A DNA stretch of 36,822 nt from Eggerthellaceae bacterium. GTDB lineage: Bacteria; Actinomycetota; Coriobacteriia; Coriobacteriales; Eggerthellaceae. Position 1 is the stretch's first letter. Every line of letters starts with the position of its first letter. Positions 22,201 to 31,084 of the stretch are shown piece after piece. The stretch is from NCBI GenBank assembly GCA_900753095.1, contig CAADXT010000166.1, forward strand, positions 1 through 36,822. Reading direction: 5' to 3'. Both the position numbers and the translations under genes were made by a program. The notes below the pieces were generated by a model. That model saw only the letters and a list, made by a program, of their open reading frames with translations. It did not search any database and was not told the origin of the DNA.

Positions 22201-24119
22201 CCAGCGGAACCGCCGTTTTGAGCACCAATTTCATTGTCGCTTGAAAGCTTGAAATCACGCACATCAAGAACATTGTCCCTGTCGACAACGCCCACGGCAC
22301 CGCCGTATTTCCCGTTTGAGGTATAGGCGTAAGCGGCCCCAGCAAGAGAAACTTCTGCGCCGTCTACAACGATGGCAACATTGCTTGTAGAGGCGCTGTT
22401 ATTGCCCAGGTACCCTGCAATGCCGCCAACGTAGCAAAGGCTGCCTGCCCTTTCGATTTTGATGGAAGCAGCGTTTGAGCTATCGCGTTGCACAACCAAA
22501 GCGTTGTTTCTTCCAGCAGTGGCCTTCGTGCTTTCCACGATGCCGGCAATGCCACCGTAGCAGCCGCGCGTTTTGCTATCGCCCGGAGCATCTGCCCCAG
22601 CAGCCAGCTTGCTGAGGTAGGTGCCGCCCTGAACGGTAACATCGCCGTTGGCAACATCGAGCTCGCCGAACAAGCCGCCCGCGCGCCTTGTTGCAGCCAG
22701 CTGAACGCCATCGCTACCGAAATCGAACCAACTCGGGTCGATGCTGGCCGTCGAAGCAAACGATGCGTAGCCGAAAGCGCCGCCAGCGCATTGGGTGGCT
22801 GCATCGCCCACCGTTTTAGCGGGTTTTGCCTTGGCTCCGTTGCCGAAGCTTAAATTCACATTCGTTGCCTTGCCCGCAAAGCCGCCGGCATAACCGCCGT
22901 TCGACGTTACCGTGAGCTTCGATACGTCGACAACGTTTTCGGATGAACCTTCGGCAGCTGCACCAAGCGCAAGCGTTGCCCCGCTTTCCGCGCAGCCAAC
23001 CAAGCCGCCAGCGCAGCCGCCATCGGTCGAAGAGATTTTCGGCGTGCCTGCCAGCCCATCAAGACCCGACAAGCCATTCACCGTGAGCGAGGAACTCGCA
23101 GCTACCGTATTTGCAAGCAAGCCCACATTGCCGGCAGCGGAAATCCCCAAGCCTTTGCGCGTTCCCAAGAACGAATACGAAGCTTTAAGGGAAAGGCTGC
23201 CCGTTACGGTTCACAGCAAAGAGCCCGTAATGCCGGGCGTTGAGTCCTGCACGGTTGCCCCCGACGGGTCGGCAATCGAAATGTCGGCATTCAGCGTTTG
23301 CGCGCCGCCCTCAATTTGCGCTGCGACAATCGGAATGCTTTCCGTTCCCTTCCAGATGAGCTTCACGCTTGCGCCGTCTGCGGGAAGCTTCACTGCGTTA
23401 TAGAACGTTTTCGCGATGATGACGGCCTTGCCTCCAAGATCGATGGTCCCCTGGAAAGGAGTATCGCTCGCACCGAACCCCTGGAACTCATATCCGTCAA
23501 TCGGTTTGGTCACATCGAAGTCGCTCGATGAAGTGCCGCCTTTTGTGATGGCGGCACTCTGGTAAATGCTCGGATTGGCGTTGGAGACAATGAGCAGTGC
23601 CAACGAGTCGTTAACCACAATGGAGCTAGCAGCATCGCCCGAACCTGTAGCGCTACCATGGTCGCCAGTGGAAAGCGCTTTGTTGAGGTCGGCAAGCGTA
23701 TTGATCTTCCAGGCCCCCTTAGCGAAAGCCGCAGCCTCATTCTGCTGCTCGCCAGCAGCAGCGTCCGCACCAGCGGCAGCTTCGCCCGAAGATGCCGCGC
23801 CATCGTTTCCGGAGCCCGCTGCGCCCGCCTCGCTCGACGAAGAGCCGCTCGCCGCACCGGATTCCGCGCCGCCTGCAGCGCCAGCAGAGCCAGATTCGGC
23901 ACCCGATACACCAGCGCCAGCAGAGGAAGACTCGCCTTCGCCCGATTCAGCGCCGCCTTGGGCGGTTTTGCCTTCGTCGGAAACATTGGCTGCAACTTGG
24001 GCAGAGAAGCTGGAAACGGCATCGATTTCCGCAGCAAGCGCCTGCGAAGAAGGCGAAAGCATCTGAAAAGCCATTGTTGCGGTAAGGCACGCTGCAACTA
24101 TACGCTTTGCCGATTTCAT
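13298..24119 (-). pseudogene. Giant secreted GLUG-like repeat protein, putative adhesin, about 3,606 aa if repaired; split into track ORFs 23211-24191, 19701-23168 and 13298-19723
   Basis: ATG 24119 after GAGG; Sec signal MKSAKRIVAACLTATMAFQMLSPSSQALA. ORF1 and ORF2 share a frame separated only by TGA 23211-23213 (SLL*TVTGSLSLK). Removing one base from the 7-nt run at 19738-19744 joins ORF2 to ORF3 (YAPLLTNGMRTYV). Many GG[LIFV]xG motifs and GCGTYGDPY; no LPXTG or C-terminal TM. Confidence 0.85.
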
Positions 24120-24169
24120 CTCGTAAAACCTCGTTCTAATATCACTGCTCCGCACGGGAGCCAAGTTTG

Positions 24170-25285
24170 CTAATTTGCAACCTCGTTGCAAGTAACGCCG
24201 GTATCTTCCCAGCTGGAAGGCGCCTCAGCGCTTGCTCGGTAGAAATTGACTATCTCCGAACCGGGCTCGACGATGAATTCCGCGGTTCGCTTATCGCGGT
24301 CAACCGTGCAAGCGGAGCCCTGCCCTGAGTGGTTGGTTTCGAAATACGGATCGAGCTCAACCTTTTCACCCCAGGTGAGCCTTACCCTTGCCGCTTTGCC
24401 AGTGGCGGTAATGCGGTAGTTGTACGCATCGTATTCCTGGATATTTCCGGAATCGGCCCAGCCCTTCTGGACTGATGCGGAATTCACCTTGGAACTCTGA
24501 ACAGGCGTTAGCACCGCCGCTAGGCACGTCAGGGTGGTGCCTGGACTGTTATCGGGGTCGACGTTTGCCTTGATCACAAACTTCGTCTTATCAACCAAAT
24601 CGGTGTTCAGCGTAATCGTGTACTCCTTGATAACGCCCTTGGTGCCGGGAAGCTCAACCGTTCCCGGCGCAGGGCTGATGGACCAACCCTGCGTTACTTC
24701 GCTGCCATCAGTGTTTTTCGCAACAACGCTGAGCGTGTACATTGCTTCTTTGTCGTTAAACACATTCGGGTCGTCCAGCAAGCAGTTGTAGATCTTGAAC
24801 TTGAAGGAGCATTCGCTGCCGCTGGTGTCTACCGCCATGTTGCGCCCCGCCATTTCCCCTTCACTCGGCGTCGTTTTGTAGGGGGCAAGGATGTCGGAGG
24901 CGAACAGGCTCTGCGATTCGCCGGTTACGGGGACCGCCTTCAGGTGGTCGTTCCCGCTGAAGGCGGAATAGGTAAGTCCAGCGCCCAGCAGCAGGGCCGC
25001 GATGGCCACTAAGAATGCAGCAGCCCAAAGCGTCTTGCGTTTTTGGGGCGTTGCCGCCCGGCTGTCCACCGCTTGGTTCAGGGAAGCGGTGAGCGATTGC
25101 TTTTGCTCGGGCTGGCGTGCGTGCTTGCCCTGCGCGGTTTCGGGCAGGCTCGTACCACGTGCAAACCTGCTGCGCGAGCGCCTGCCTTGGTACTTGTCGC
25201 GCGCGTACTTGCTCAGGTCGTCTTCGCTTTGGCCTGCGCCCTGCGCGTGCTTGCCCTTATACATGTCGTTTCGGTTTTCGGTCAC
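24170..25285 (-). CDS. Accessory exported protein with SipW-like leader after a charged cytoplasmic N-tail
   Basis: Start reassigned to GTG 25285 (GAGGGGAGG RBS); GKHA occurs twice in the tail; hydrophobic helix ending LTYSAFSGN; beta-rich body. Confidence 0.65.
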   Translation of the reverse strand: MTENRNDMYKGKHAQGAGQSEDDLSKYARDKYQGRRSRSRFARGTSLPETAQGKHARQPEQKQSLTASLNQAVDSRAATPQKRKTLWAAAFLVAIAALLLGAGLTYSAFSGNDHLKAVPVTGESQSLFASDILAPYKTTPSEGEMAGRNMAVDTSGSECSFKFKIYNCLLDDPNVFNDKEAMYTLSVVAKNTDGSEVTQGWSISPAPGTVELPGTKGVIKEYTITLNTDLVDKTKFVIKANVDPDNSPGTTLTCLAAVLTPVQSSKVNSASVQKGWADSGNIQEYDAYNYRITATGKAARVRLTWGEKVELDPYFETNHSGQGSACTVDRDKRTAEFIVEPGSEIVNFYRASAEAPSSWEDTGVTCNEVAN

Positions 25286-25299
25286 TGTTCCCCTCCCCT

Positions 25300-26034
25300 C
25301 TACGACTGCGAACCGGCCGAGCGCGCAATGAGGTACGCCACGTCCGATTCCTTCATGTTTTCGCTTTTTGGCCACGAGCATTCGATGATGAAGTTGGTGG
25401 CGTCAGCGGGATCGGTGCCGCCATTGTTGAGATCATCCACGCTGAACTTCTTCCAGCGGTACGTGGGCACTGATTTGCTTTGGACGTTTCCGTAGTCGCC
25501 AAAAGTGCCTTTCTTGGCAGTATCCGAAGCTATCGTGCCGTCGAACGTAACTTCAGCGCCTTTGCTCCACGAGTACTTTTTTCCTGCTCCATCGCGCCCT
25601 GTCACATCGCCCGGGGCATTTTCATCGTTCACCTGTACGCGATATACGTGAACACCCAAGTCTTTGATGTTGGTGGTGTTCGCAACCTGCAGCTCGAAAG
25701 CTTTCTTCTTCCCGTCTTCACTCTGCCCGCTTTTCACGCAGAACGCACGGCGGCGAACCACCTTGCCATCGGTAGTTTTAGCGTCGTCGGAATCAGCATC
25801 GTAGGTAAGGTCGAGCTGCTCAGTTGCCGTTTGGTTGGGGCCCATGATCTTAAGCTCGGCCGGCGCGTCCACCTTGGCCACGGTGGAAAGCTCGCTGTTG
25901 GTTAAGAACCACGAAAGCGTTAAGGCAATAAGTATCAGGATGGTGGCCACCACTGCGATGGAAGCCAAAATGGGGCCGCGATGCTCGTAGATCCATTCCT
26001 TTGCGTTGCTCAAGCGGGCTTCTGCACTGCTCAC
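25300..26034 (-). CDS. Accessory protein with SipW-class leader
   Basis: LIALTLSWFLTN; GTGA overlap with the upstream stop. Confidence 0.7.
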   Translation of the reverse strand: MSSAEARLSNAKEWIYEHRGPILASIAVVATILILIALTLSWFLTNSELSTVAKVDAPAELKIMGPNQTATEQLDLTYDADSDDAKTTDGKVVRRRAFCVKSGQSEDGKKKAFELQVANTTNIKDLGVHVYRVQVNDENAPGDVTGRDGAGKKYSWSKGAEVTFDGTIASDTAKKGTFGDYGNVQSKSVPTYRWKKFSVDDLNNGGTDPADATNFIIECSWPKSENMKESDVAYLIARSAGSQS

Positions 26035-27023
26035 TGGCCAGTCCCCCTTGGAGTTTCATCTGCGCTCAGCTGGAGCTGCAGGTATTCCACGTTGTTGCCG
26101 AGGTAGTCGTCGGCCTTGTTGTAGTAGTCGGCGCACTGCCCAAGAGCGGCTGATTTCATCTCGTTGCTCAACTCAGGGATTGTTGCACCGTCGCCATAGC
26201 CGTAATAGAAATAGTCCCTATGCCCATTAACGTACGTTTGCATGCTGGTGTAGTCCTCGCTTGCTGAGGCGAAGATGTTTTTGTAATAGTTGGCGTTGCC
26301 GGTGTACACAAAGTTCTGGAGGTACTCGGGCCATACCCAACTGAGCACCACCTGCACAGGCCTGGTGGTATTGCCCGATTCGTCTTGGAACTTGCTCTTC
26401 TCAATAACAATAGAATCCGTTACATGGTTCGAGTAGAAGCCTGCATCGCTGCATGCGGTAAAGAACAGCAGGTGGCCCTTCGCCAGCTTGAGCGTATCGG
26501 GCATGTTTTGCTGCGTGCAATCGCTTTCCTTAACGAGGGTTCCGTCCCCGTCCTTCAGCTGCAGAACGCGGGAGATGTCGATGGTTGCACCATTCAAGTC
26601 CTTCGTAAGGGGCTGTACCGTGAACTTGATTTGGCCACGAGCACCCGGGTACAGGCTGCCGCTCGTGTAGTTGTTCAGGTTGGAGTTCAGCGTCACCGTC
26701 ATCGAGTTGGAGGTGTCGAAGTTGGTGGCTGTTTTGTCCTGCTCGTAAGCGCCAACATTGCTCCCCTTCTCCGTTTCAACAAGCGCCAGCTTCGCCCTTT
26801 CCGCGCTTATATTCACGCCGCCGGCGTTCACCTGGGTGTTGTTCAGAAACCACGCCAAACAGGCAAGGATGATGACGATGGCAGCCATAACGAACAGCCC
26901 GCTTACCATGAAACGCTTCCAGAAATCCTTCAGCGTTTGAGCGTGCTCGTCGGCGGTGGCGCGATACTCTTCTGCCGTTTTTTCGCTGACTTCCTGCCGG
27001 ATATGTTGGCCCTTGCCCGTCAT
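26031..27023 (-). CDS. Accessory protein with SipW-class leader
   Basis: IILACLAWFLNNTQV; LYPGARG motif of the kind seen in TasA/camelysin-like proteins. Confidence 0.7.
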   Translation of the reverse strand: MTGKGQHIRQEVSEKTAEEYRATADEHAQTLKDFWKRFMVSGLFVMAAIVIILACLAWFLNNTQVNAGGVNISAERAKLALVETEKGSNVGAYEQDKTATNFDTSNSMTVTLNSNLNNYTSGSLYPGARGQIKFTVQPLTKDLNGATIDISRVLQLKDGDGTLVKESDCTQQNMPDTLKLAKGHLLFFTACSDAGFYSNHVTDSIVIEKSKFQDESGNTTRPVQVVLSWVWPEYLQNFVYTGNANYYKNIFASASEDYTSMQTYVNGHRDYFYYGYGDGATIPELSNEMKSAALGQCADYYNKADDYLGNNVEYLQLQLSADETPRGTGQ

Positions 27024-27367
27024 GTTCGCGCGTTGCCCCGTAGGGCGGCTTTCCTTCCCCTGGTTGCCCGTGTTGCCAGGCGGTTTTCTTCGCTTAACCG
27101 CTTGCGTTGCTCGCTGGCTTCAAAGCGTTTGAGTTTGCTGCGTACCCCCTGTAAAAATAGGCAAATTCGCAGACCACTCCTAGCTTTATACAATCTTTAT
27201 AACAATACCATTTCCCCGCCCCGCCACGCAAAAGCAAGCCCCTGTTGCGCAACACGAAAGCGTGGCAGATGCGCCACTCCCATCAGCGGGCCGAATACGC
27301 TGCCGAAGCCAATGCAGAACGGCAAATACGCCGTTCCCGACGGCAGGGTCGCATGGGTTACAAAGCG

Positions 27368-27487
27368 CAGAAAATGAAAAAGCTGGGCGCGAAGCCCAGC
27401 CTAAGTTAATGAGCACCACCCGTAGCTAACTGAGATTGAGACCCTTAGTATCAGCGGGCGCCGCCTATGAACTTATTGTGGCATGGC
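27368..27487 (-). ncRNA. Candidate small RNA, copy 1, with promoter and terminator
   Basis: TGcCACAAT (27475-27483), long stem with a 15-nt variable segment (27430-27444), terminator GCTGGGC-TTCGC-GCCCAGC-TTTTT; near-identical copy at 29102-29223. Confidence 0.55.
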
Positions 27488-27564
27488 TTGCCACTACATG
27501 AGCGCAACGAGGTCAGGTCAACCGGCAACGCGCGTTCGATGCAAAGGCAACAGGGAAACGGCTC

Positions 27565-27626
27565 AAAAAGAAGGTCCCCGAACGTTGCACTCGAAGGCCT
27601 GAGTGTCCAAAAGGGGCAGTCGCTTT
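27565..27626. repeat. Hairpin plus REP-like palindrome unit, copy A
   Basis: aaaaagaaggtccccgaacgttgc...gtgtccaaaaggggcagtcgcttt is homologous to 29034-29099 and 29817-29880. Confidence 0.65.
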
Positions 27627-27639
27627 CAGCGCCCAGCTC

Positions 27640-28896
27640 CTAGAAATCAAGACTGTTTGGGTTAAGGAGGAAATCGTATACGTTCATCATCACGATTCCG
27701 TCCTCGTTGTAGTAGGGAGCAGGGCCTTCCTTGGTAATGATGATTTTCTTGAACCCATCGTTTGCCTTCAGCAGCGATCTTTGCTCTTGCTGAATTTTTT
27801 CGGCACTTGGAAGAGCAAACGCAGACTGAATGTAATACCGCTTACTGCCGCGGTTACATACAAAATCAATCTCAAGCTGCATACGTTGGCTTTTCCCCAG
27901 CTCGTTCTTGCCGCTTGACGCAACTACGCCGACGTCAACCCCCAAGCCACGGCCAACCAGTTCGTTGTAGATAACATTTTCCATGATATGCGTTTCTTCG
28001 ACTTGCCTGAAATTCATCCGGGCATTGCGCAACCCCAAATCGGTGAAATAGAACTTGAACGGCGTGCCTATGTAGCGACGGCCCTTCACGTCGTAGCGTT
28101 TCGCCCGCCTGATTAAAAACGAGTCTTCAAGATACGAAATATAATGCTCTATCGTTTCTTGAGCTATGCTCGCATTTTTCTTGCTTTTAAACGTTGCAGA
28201 AAGCTTCGAGGCGTTCGTAAGCGAGCCGATGCCCGAAGAAAGAACGTCGATAAGCTCTTCCAAATTCGAGGTATCGCGAATGCCGTTGCGGTCTACGATG
28301 TCACTCACGTATAGCTCGTCGTAGAGCCCGCTCAAGTAGTCAGCCTTTTCTTCTGGCGTTTCCCGAAGCAAAACCCCCGGAAGGCCGCCGTAAACCGAAT
28401 ATTCTTCGTAGCCATCCCTCTTATCGCCCGAGTAGGCGCCCATGAACTCCGAAAAGCTCAAAGGAGCCATGGGGATTTCCTCACCGCGCCCTCTGAATTC
28501 AGTGACAACATCGCGTGAGAGCAGCTTTGCGTTACTGCCGGTAACGTACACATCTATCCCGTCCATCGCGATAAGGTCGATGAGAATCTCTGCGAAATCG
28601 CCAAGAAGCTGCACTTCGTCGAGCAGCACATAGCGCTGCCCCTTTGTTGATTGCGCCCATTCTGATACGTGCTGGTAAAACGTATCAGGGTCACGATACG
28701 CGCGGCTGCTAAAGCGGTCGAACGCCATTTCGAAGATGTTGGATTCGGGCACGCCCTGCTCAAGCAGGTAGTTTTTGAATAAGTTGAACACCAGAAAAGA
28801 CTTGCCGCATCGCCGTAGCCCCGTCACAACCTTAACCTGGTTGCGCCCCATGCTTTTCACAAGCTTTTCCATGTATTTAGGCCTGGCGATTATCAT
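27640..28896 (-). CDS. ATP-binding protein, AAA_14 plus DUF4143 family
   Basis: TGLRRCGKS Walker A, LLDEVQ, VTGSNAKLLS, KFYFTDLGLRN, EIDFV; start taken at ATG 28896 (MIIARPKY) after AGGA. Confidence 0.9.
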   Translation of the reverse strand: MIIARPKYMEKLVKSMGRNQVKVVTGLRRCGKSFLVFNLFKNYLLEQGVPESNIFEMAFDRFSSRAYRDPDTFYQHVSEWAQSTKGQRYVLLDEVQLLGDFAEILIDLIAMDGIDVYVTGSNAKLLSRDVVTEFRGRGEEIPMAPLSFSEFMGAYSGDKRDGYEEYSVYGGLPGVLLRETPEEKADYLSGLYDELYVSDIVDRNGIRDTSNLEELIDVLSSGIGSLTNASKLSATFKSKKNASIAQETIEHYISYLEDSFLIRRAKRYDVKGRRYIGTPFKFYFTDLGLRNARMNFRQVEETHIMENVIYNELVGRGLGVDVGVVASSGKNELGKSQRMQLEIDFVCNRGSKRYYIQSAFALPSAEKIQQEQRSLLKANDGFKKIIITKEGPAPYYNEDGIVMMNVYDFLLNPNSLDF

Positions 28897-28906
28897 CGGA
28901 AATCCT

Positions 28907-28944
28907 ATCTGATTTTTTTGCATCTATAGCAAATTTTATCAGAT
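28907..28944. promoter_or_regulatory. Palindromic operator-like site over the ATPase promoter
   Basis: atctgatttttttgc (28907-28921) and gcaaattttatcagat (28929-28944) flank a minus-strand TGcTATAGA -10-like element. Confidence 0.45.
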
Positions 28945-29033
28945 TCATTCCGCGGGCTAGCAAAACGCGAGATGCCGAGCCGTGTAAACGGCAGCTTGGA
29001 CACTGGCGCTCGAGGTCCCGGGGAACTGTGGGT

Positions 29034-29099
29034 AAAAAAGAAGGACCCCGAACGTTGCGCCCGAGGTCCTGGGTGTCCAAAAGGGACTGTCCCTTTTGG
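29034..29099. repeat. Hairpin plus REP-like palindrome unit, copy B
   Basis: Ends in gtgtccaaaagggactgtcccttttgg, with a perfect ccaaaagggac/gtcccttttgg stem. Confidence 0.7.
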
Positions 29100-29101
29100 T
29101 T

Positions 29102-29223
29102 CAGAAAATGAAAGAGCTGGGCGCGAAGCCCAGCCTAAGTTAATGAGCACCACCCGTAGCTAATCGACTTTCCACCCCGGTTAGTATCAGCGGGCGCTGC
29201 TTATGGCTCGATTATAGCATGGC
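29102..29223 (-). ncRNA. Candidate small RNA, copy 2, with promoter and terminator
   Basis: Consensus extended -10 TGcTATAAT (29211-29219), same scaffold as copy 1, 17-nt variable segment (29164-29180), same terminator hairpin. Confidence 0.6.
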
Positions 29224-29380
29224 CCCGAGCCTTCCATCAGGCGAGGCGGGAGAAAGCTCCGTCCGAGTCCTTGGCAGGAGACGCGAACGCGGAGCCCAGG
29301 CAGGAAACTCCACCTGTCCCTATTTTCCCGCATTCCGTGCTGGTAAGATCGACGCACAATGCGCGTCATTTCGGCTGTCG

Positions 29381-29520
29381 AAGGCGAGATATGCTCCAAA
29401 TGTGCGCGTTTGCGATGCAAAACCCAACCTCGGGCGCGCATCTCGCGCGATTCTCGCCATATAGTCCCGATTATCGCGACCAAAGCTCGCAAAACGCGCA
29501 TTCGGTGCATATCTCGCCGT
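29381..29520. repeat. Palindromic repeat cluster (GGCGAGA-type units)
   Basis: ggcgagatatgctccaaatgtgcgcgtttgcga pairs with tcgcaaaacgcgcattcggtgcatatctcgcc; the internal gcgcgattctcgcca is shared with the 33926-34122 cluster. Confidence 0.65.
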
Positions 29521-29816
29521 AAGCTCCCGCAGAAAAAACCGCTGCCGATGCCACGCCCAACCAAATGAGGCTCCTGCAGGTTGGCTGAAATGCAGCACAA
29601 AATAAGACCTCGAAGTCCGACAACCGAAGTCCCAAGCGCTCAAAGGGGACTGTCCTTTTTGGGCGACGCGTATCTTGCCGCACCCCCCAGAAAAGAATCG
29701 CCGCCCTATTCTTAACCGAACGGAGCCGCTTCCTTTGTGCGATTCCCAGCCAAAAGGCACAACCCACTTGCCTGTGCTCAGTCGAGCAGGATGCTTATAG
29801 GCCAACCAATCAGCGC

Positions 29817-29852
29817 AAAAAGAAAAAGCCCCGAGCGCAATGCTCGGGGCTT
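29817..29852 (-). terminator. Intrinsic terminator of the putative major subunit gene, next to a REP-like palindrome at 29854-29880
   Basis: Stem aagccccgagc/gctcggggctt, then TTTCTTTTT on the minus strand. Confidence 0.85.
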
Positions 29853-29892
29853 AGTGTCCAAAAGGAGCCGTCCCTTTTGGTTATTCCGGCAG

Positions 29893-30738
29893 CTATGCCG
29901 TAGCCGCCTGAACGCCTACGAAACCAAGGTTGCCGGTAACCGCTCTGTCGATACCAGTTTTAGCATTCTCGGAGACGCAATCCTTGTCGCAGCCTTCATA
30001 CCATACGCGAACAGTGACCGTCTTCGGGGCATCATCGGAAATGGTAACGAGCTTATCGGTGCCCTTTTCCGCCTGGCCATTGCTGTCAACAGAGCCAGCG
30101 TAGTTGTTAAAATCGGAATACGTAGCAGAAGCAATAGATTCAGCCCCCGTTACCCAATAGTCGCCTTCCGTAGCGCCCTTATCGGTGTAATAGCCACTCT
30201 CAGTTGCGGTGCCATTTACCTTAAACAGCTTCCAAGTTGCACCGTCATCAAAGCTAATTGCAAAGCGGCCAGCAGTGCCCATCTTAGTTTCAGCGACAAG
30301 ACTAGTGGCTGCACCCTTATCGAAATAGATGTCCATCGAACCGTTAGTTACGCCCAAAGTAAAGGTGTAGTCGGCATAAACGGTCTTGCCGTCTTCGTGA
30401 GTAAGAACGCTCTGGTACTCGTCGGCAACTGCATGATTGCTACCGGTGTCGCCGCTCGTCCAATGCTTCGTTTCGTAAAAGGCTTTACCATCGTTGGTAG
30501 AAGCGGGATAAAGCTTTTTCGGGTTAGTGCCAGCCGCAGTCATGTTGTCTGCCGTTTTGCCCGCATCGGTAATGTACAGGTTCGGCACGGACGACGTGGT
30601 GCTCACATCAACGCCCTCTGCGGTAACCGCATTGTTGTTCACAAACCATGCGAACGTGGCGGCGCCGAGGGCTATGGCGGCTACGATCACCATGGCAATG
30701 GCAGCGCCGAGCTGCTTTTTCAGTGCCTTAGTTTCCAT
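29893..30738 (-). CDS. Putative major SipW-class fibre subunit, monocistronic
   Basis: AAAGGA RBS; METKALKKQLGAAIAMVIVAAIALGAATFAWFVNN; LYPASTNDG; VWYEGCDKDC; own upstream region and terminator. Confidence 0.8.
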   Translation of the reverse strand: METKALKKQLGAAIAMVIVAAIALGAATFAWFVNNNAVTAEGVDVSTTSSVPNLYITDAGKTADNMTAAGTNPKKLYPASTNDGKAFYETKHWTSGDTGSNHAVADEYQSVLTHEDGKTVYADYTFTLGVTNGSMDIYFDKGAATSLVAETKMGTAGRFAISFDDGATWKLFKVNGTATESGYYTDKGATEGDYWVTGAESIASATYSDFNNYAGSVDSNGQAEKGTDKLVTISDDAPKTVTVRVWYEGCDKDCVSENAKTGIDRAVTGNLGFVGVQAATA

Positions 30739-31084
30739 ATTGGATCCTTTCTCGATCCTTCTACCTCAAAAGAGCTAAGGCGCAGCCCCGCTCTGCTTTA
30801 CCAATAGGGAGACACCTCTCCCATTAAGCACTCCATAGAGTAGCACAACGTCCTCCCCGTAAAGGGTGCTTTTGTGCAGATAAACACCTATTTTCAGGTA
30901 TAAAAGCGCTGCAGCGCACCCCCTCCCACATTTAAAACCGAGCTAAACACTCGACTATTGCCTCAATCGAAAACCCCGCGCCTACAGCCCTAGCCGGCAA
31001 TGCAACAACGCCGAGCCAAAACAAACCAACCCTCATGCCCTTTGCAAAGCATCCTCTTCACCAAGCCGATGAATCCATCCACAC

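Noticed and set aside
23211..23213. Selenocysteine or recoded TGA
   Set aside because: The context fits Gly rather than a redox Cys, I saw no convincing SECIS hairpin, and TGA ends neighbouring genes.
27186..27419. Small ORFs starting MVLINLGWASRPA (also 28905-29153) and plus-strand MSTTRS*
   Set aside because: Similarity is confined to the repeat, the ORFs cross a terminator and diverge afterwards, and no toxin-like hydrophobic peptide is evident.
27368..29223. IS or composite transposon bounded by direct repeats
   Set aside because: No transposase or recombinase and no terminal inverted repeats; each repeat carries its own promoter and terminator.
9331..30738. Type IV or sortase-assembled pilus
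   Set aside because: No class III prepilin motif, prepilin peptidase, PilB/PilC or Tad genes; no LPXTG in the subunits and no sortase in the window.
30739..31080. c-di-GMP riboswitch upstream of subunit genes (also sought at 12737-13236 and 27024-27360)
   Set aside because: I could not find the class I or class II consensus by eye; an Rfam scan would settle it.
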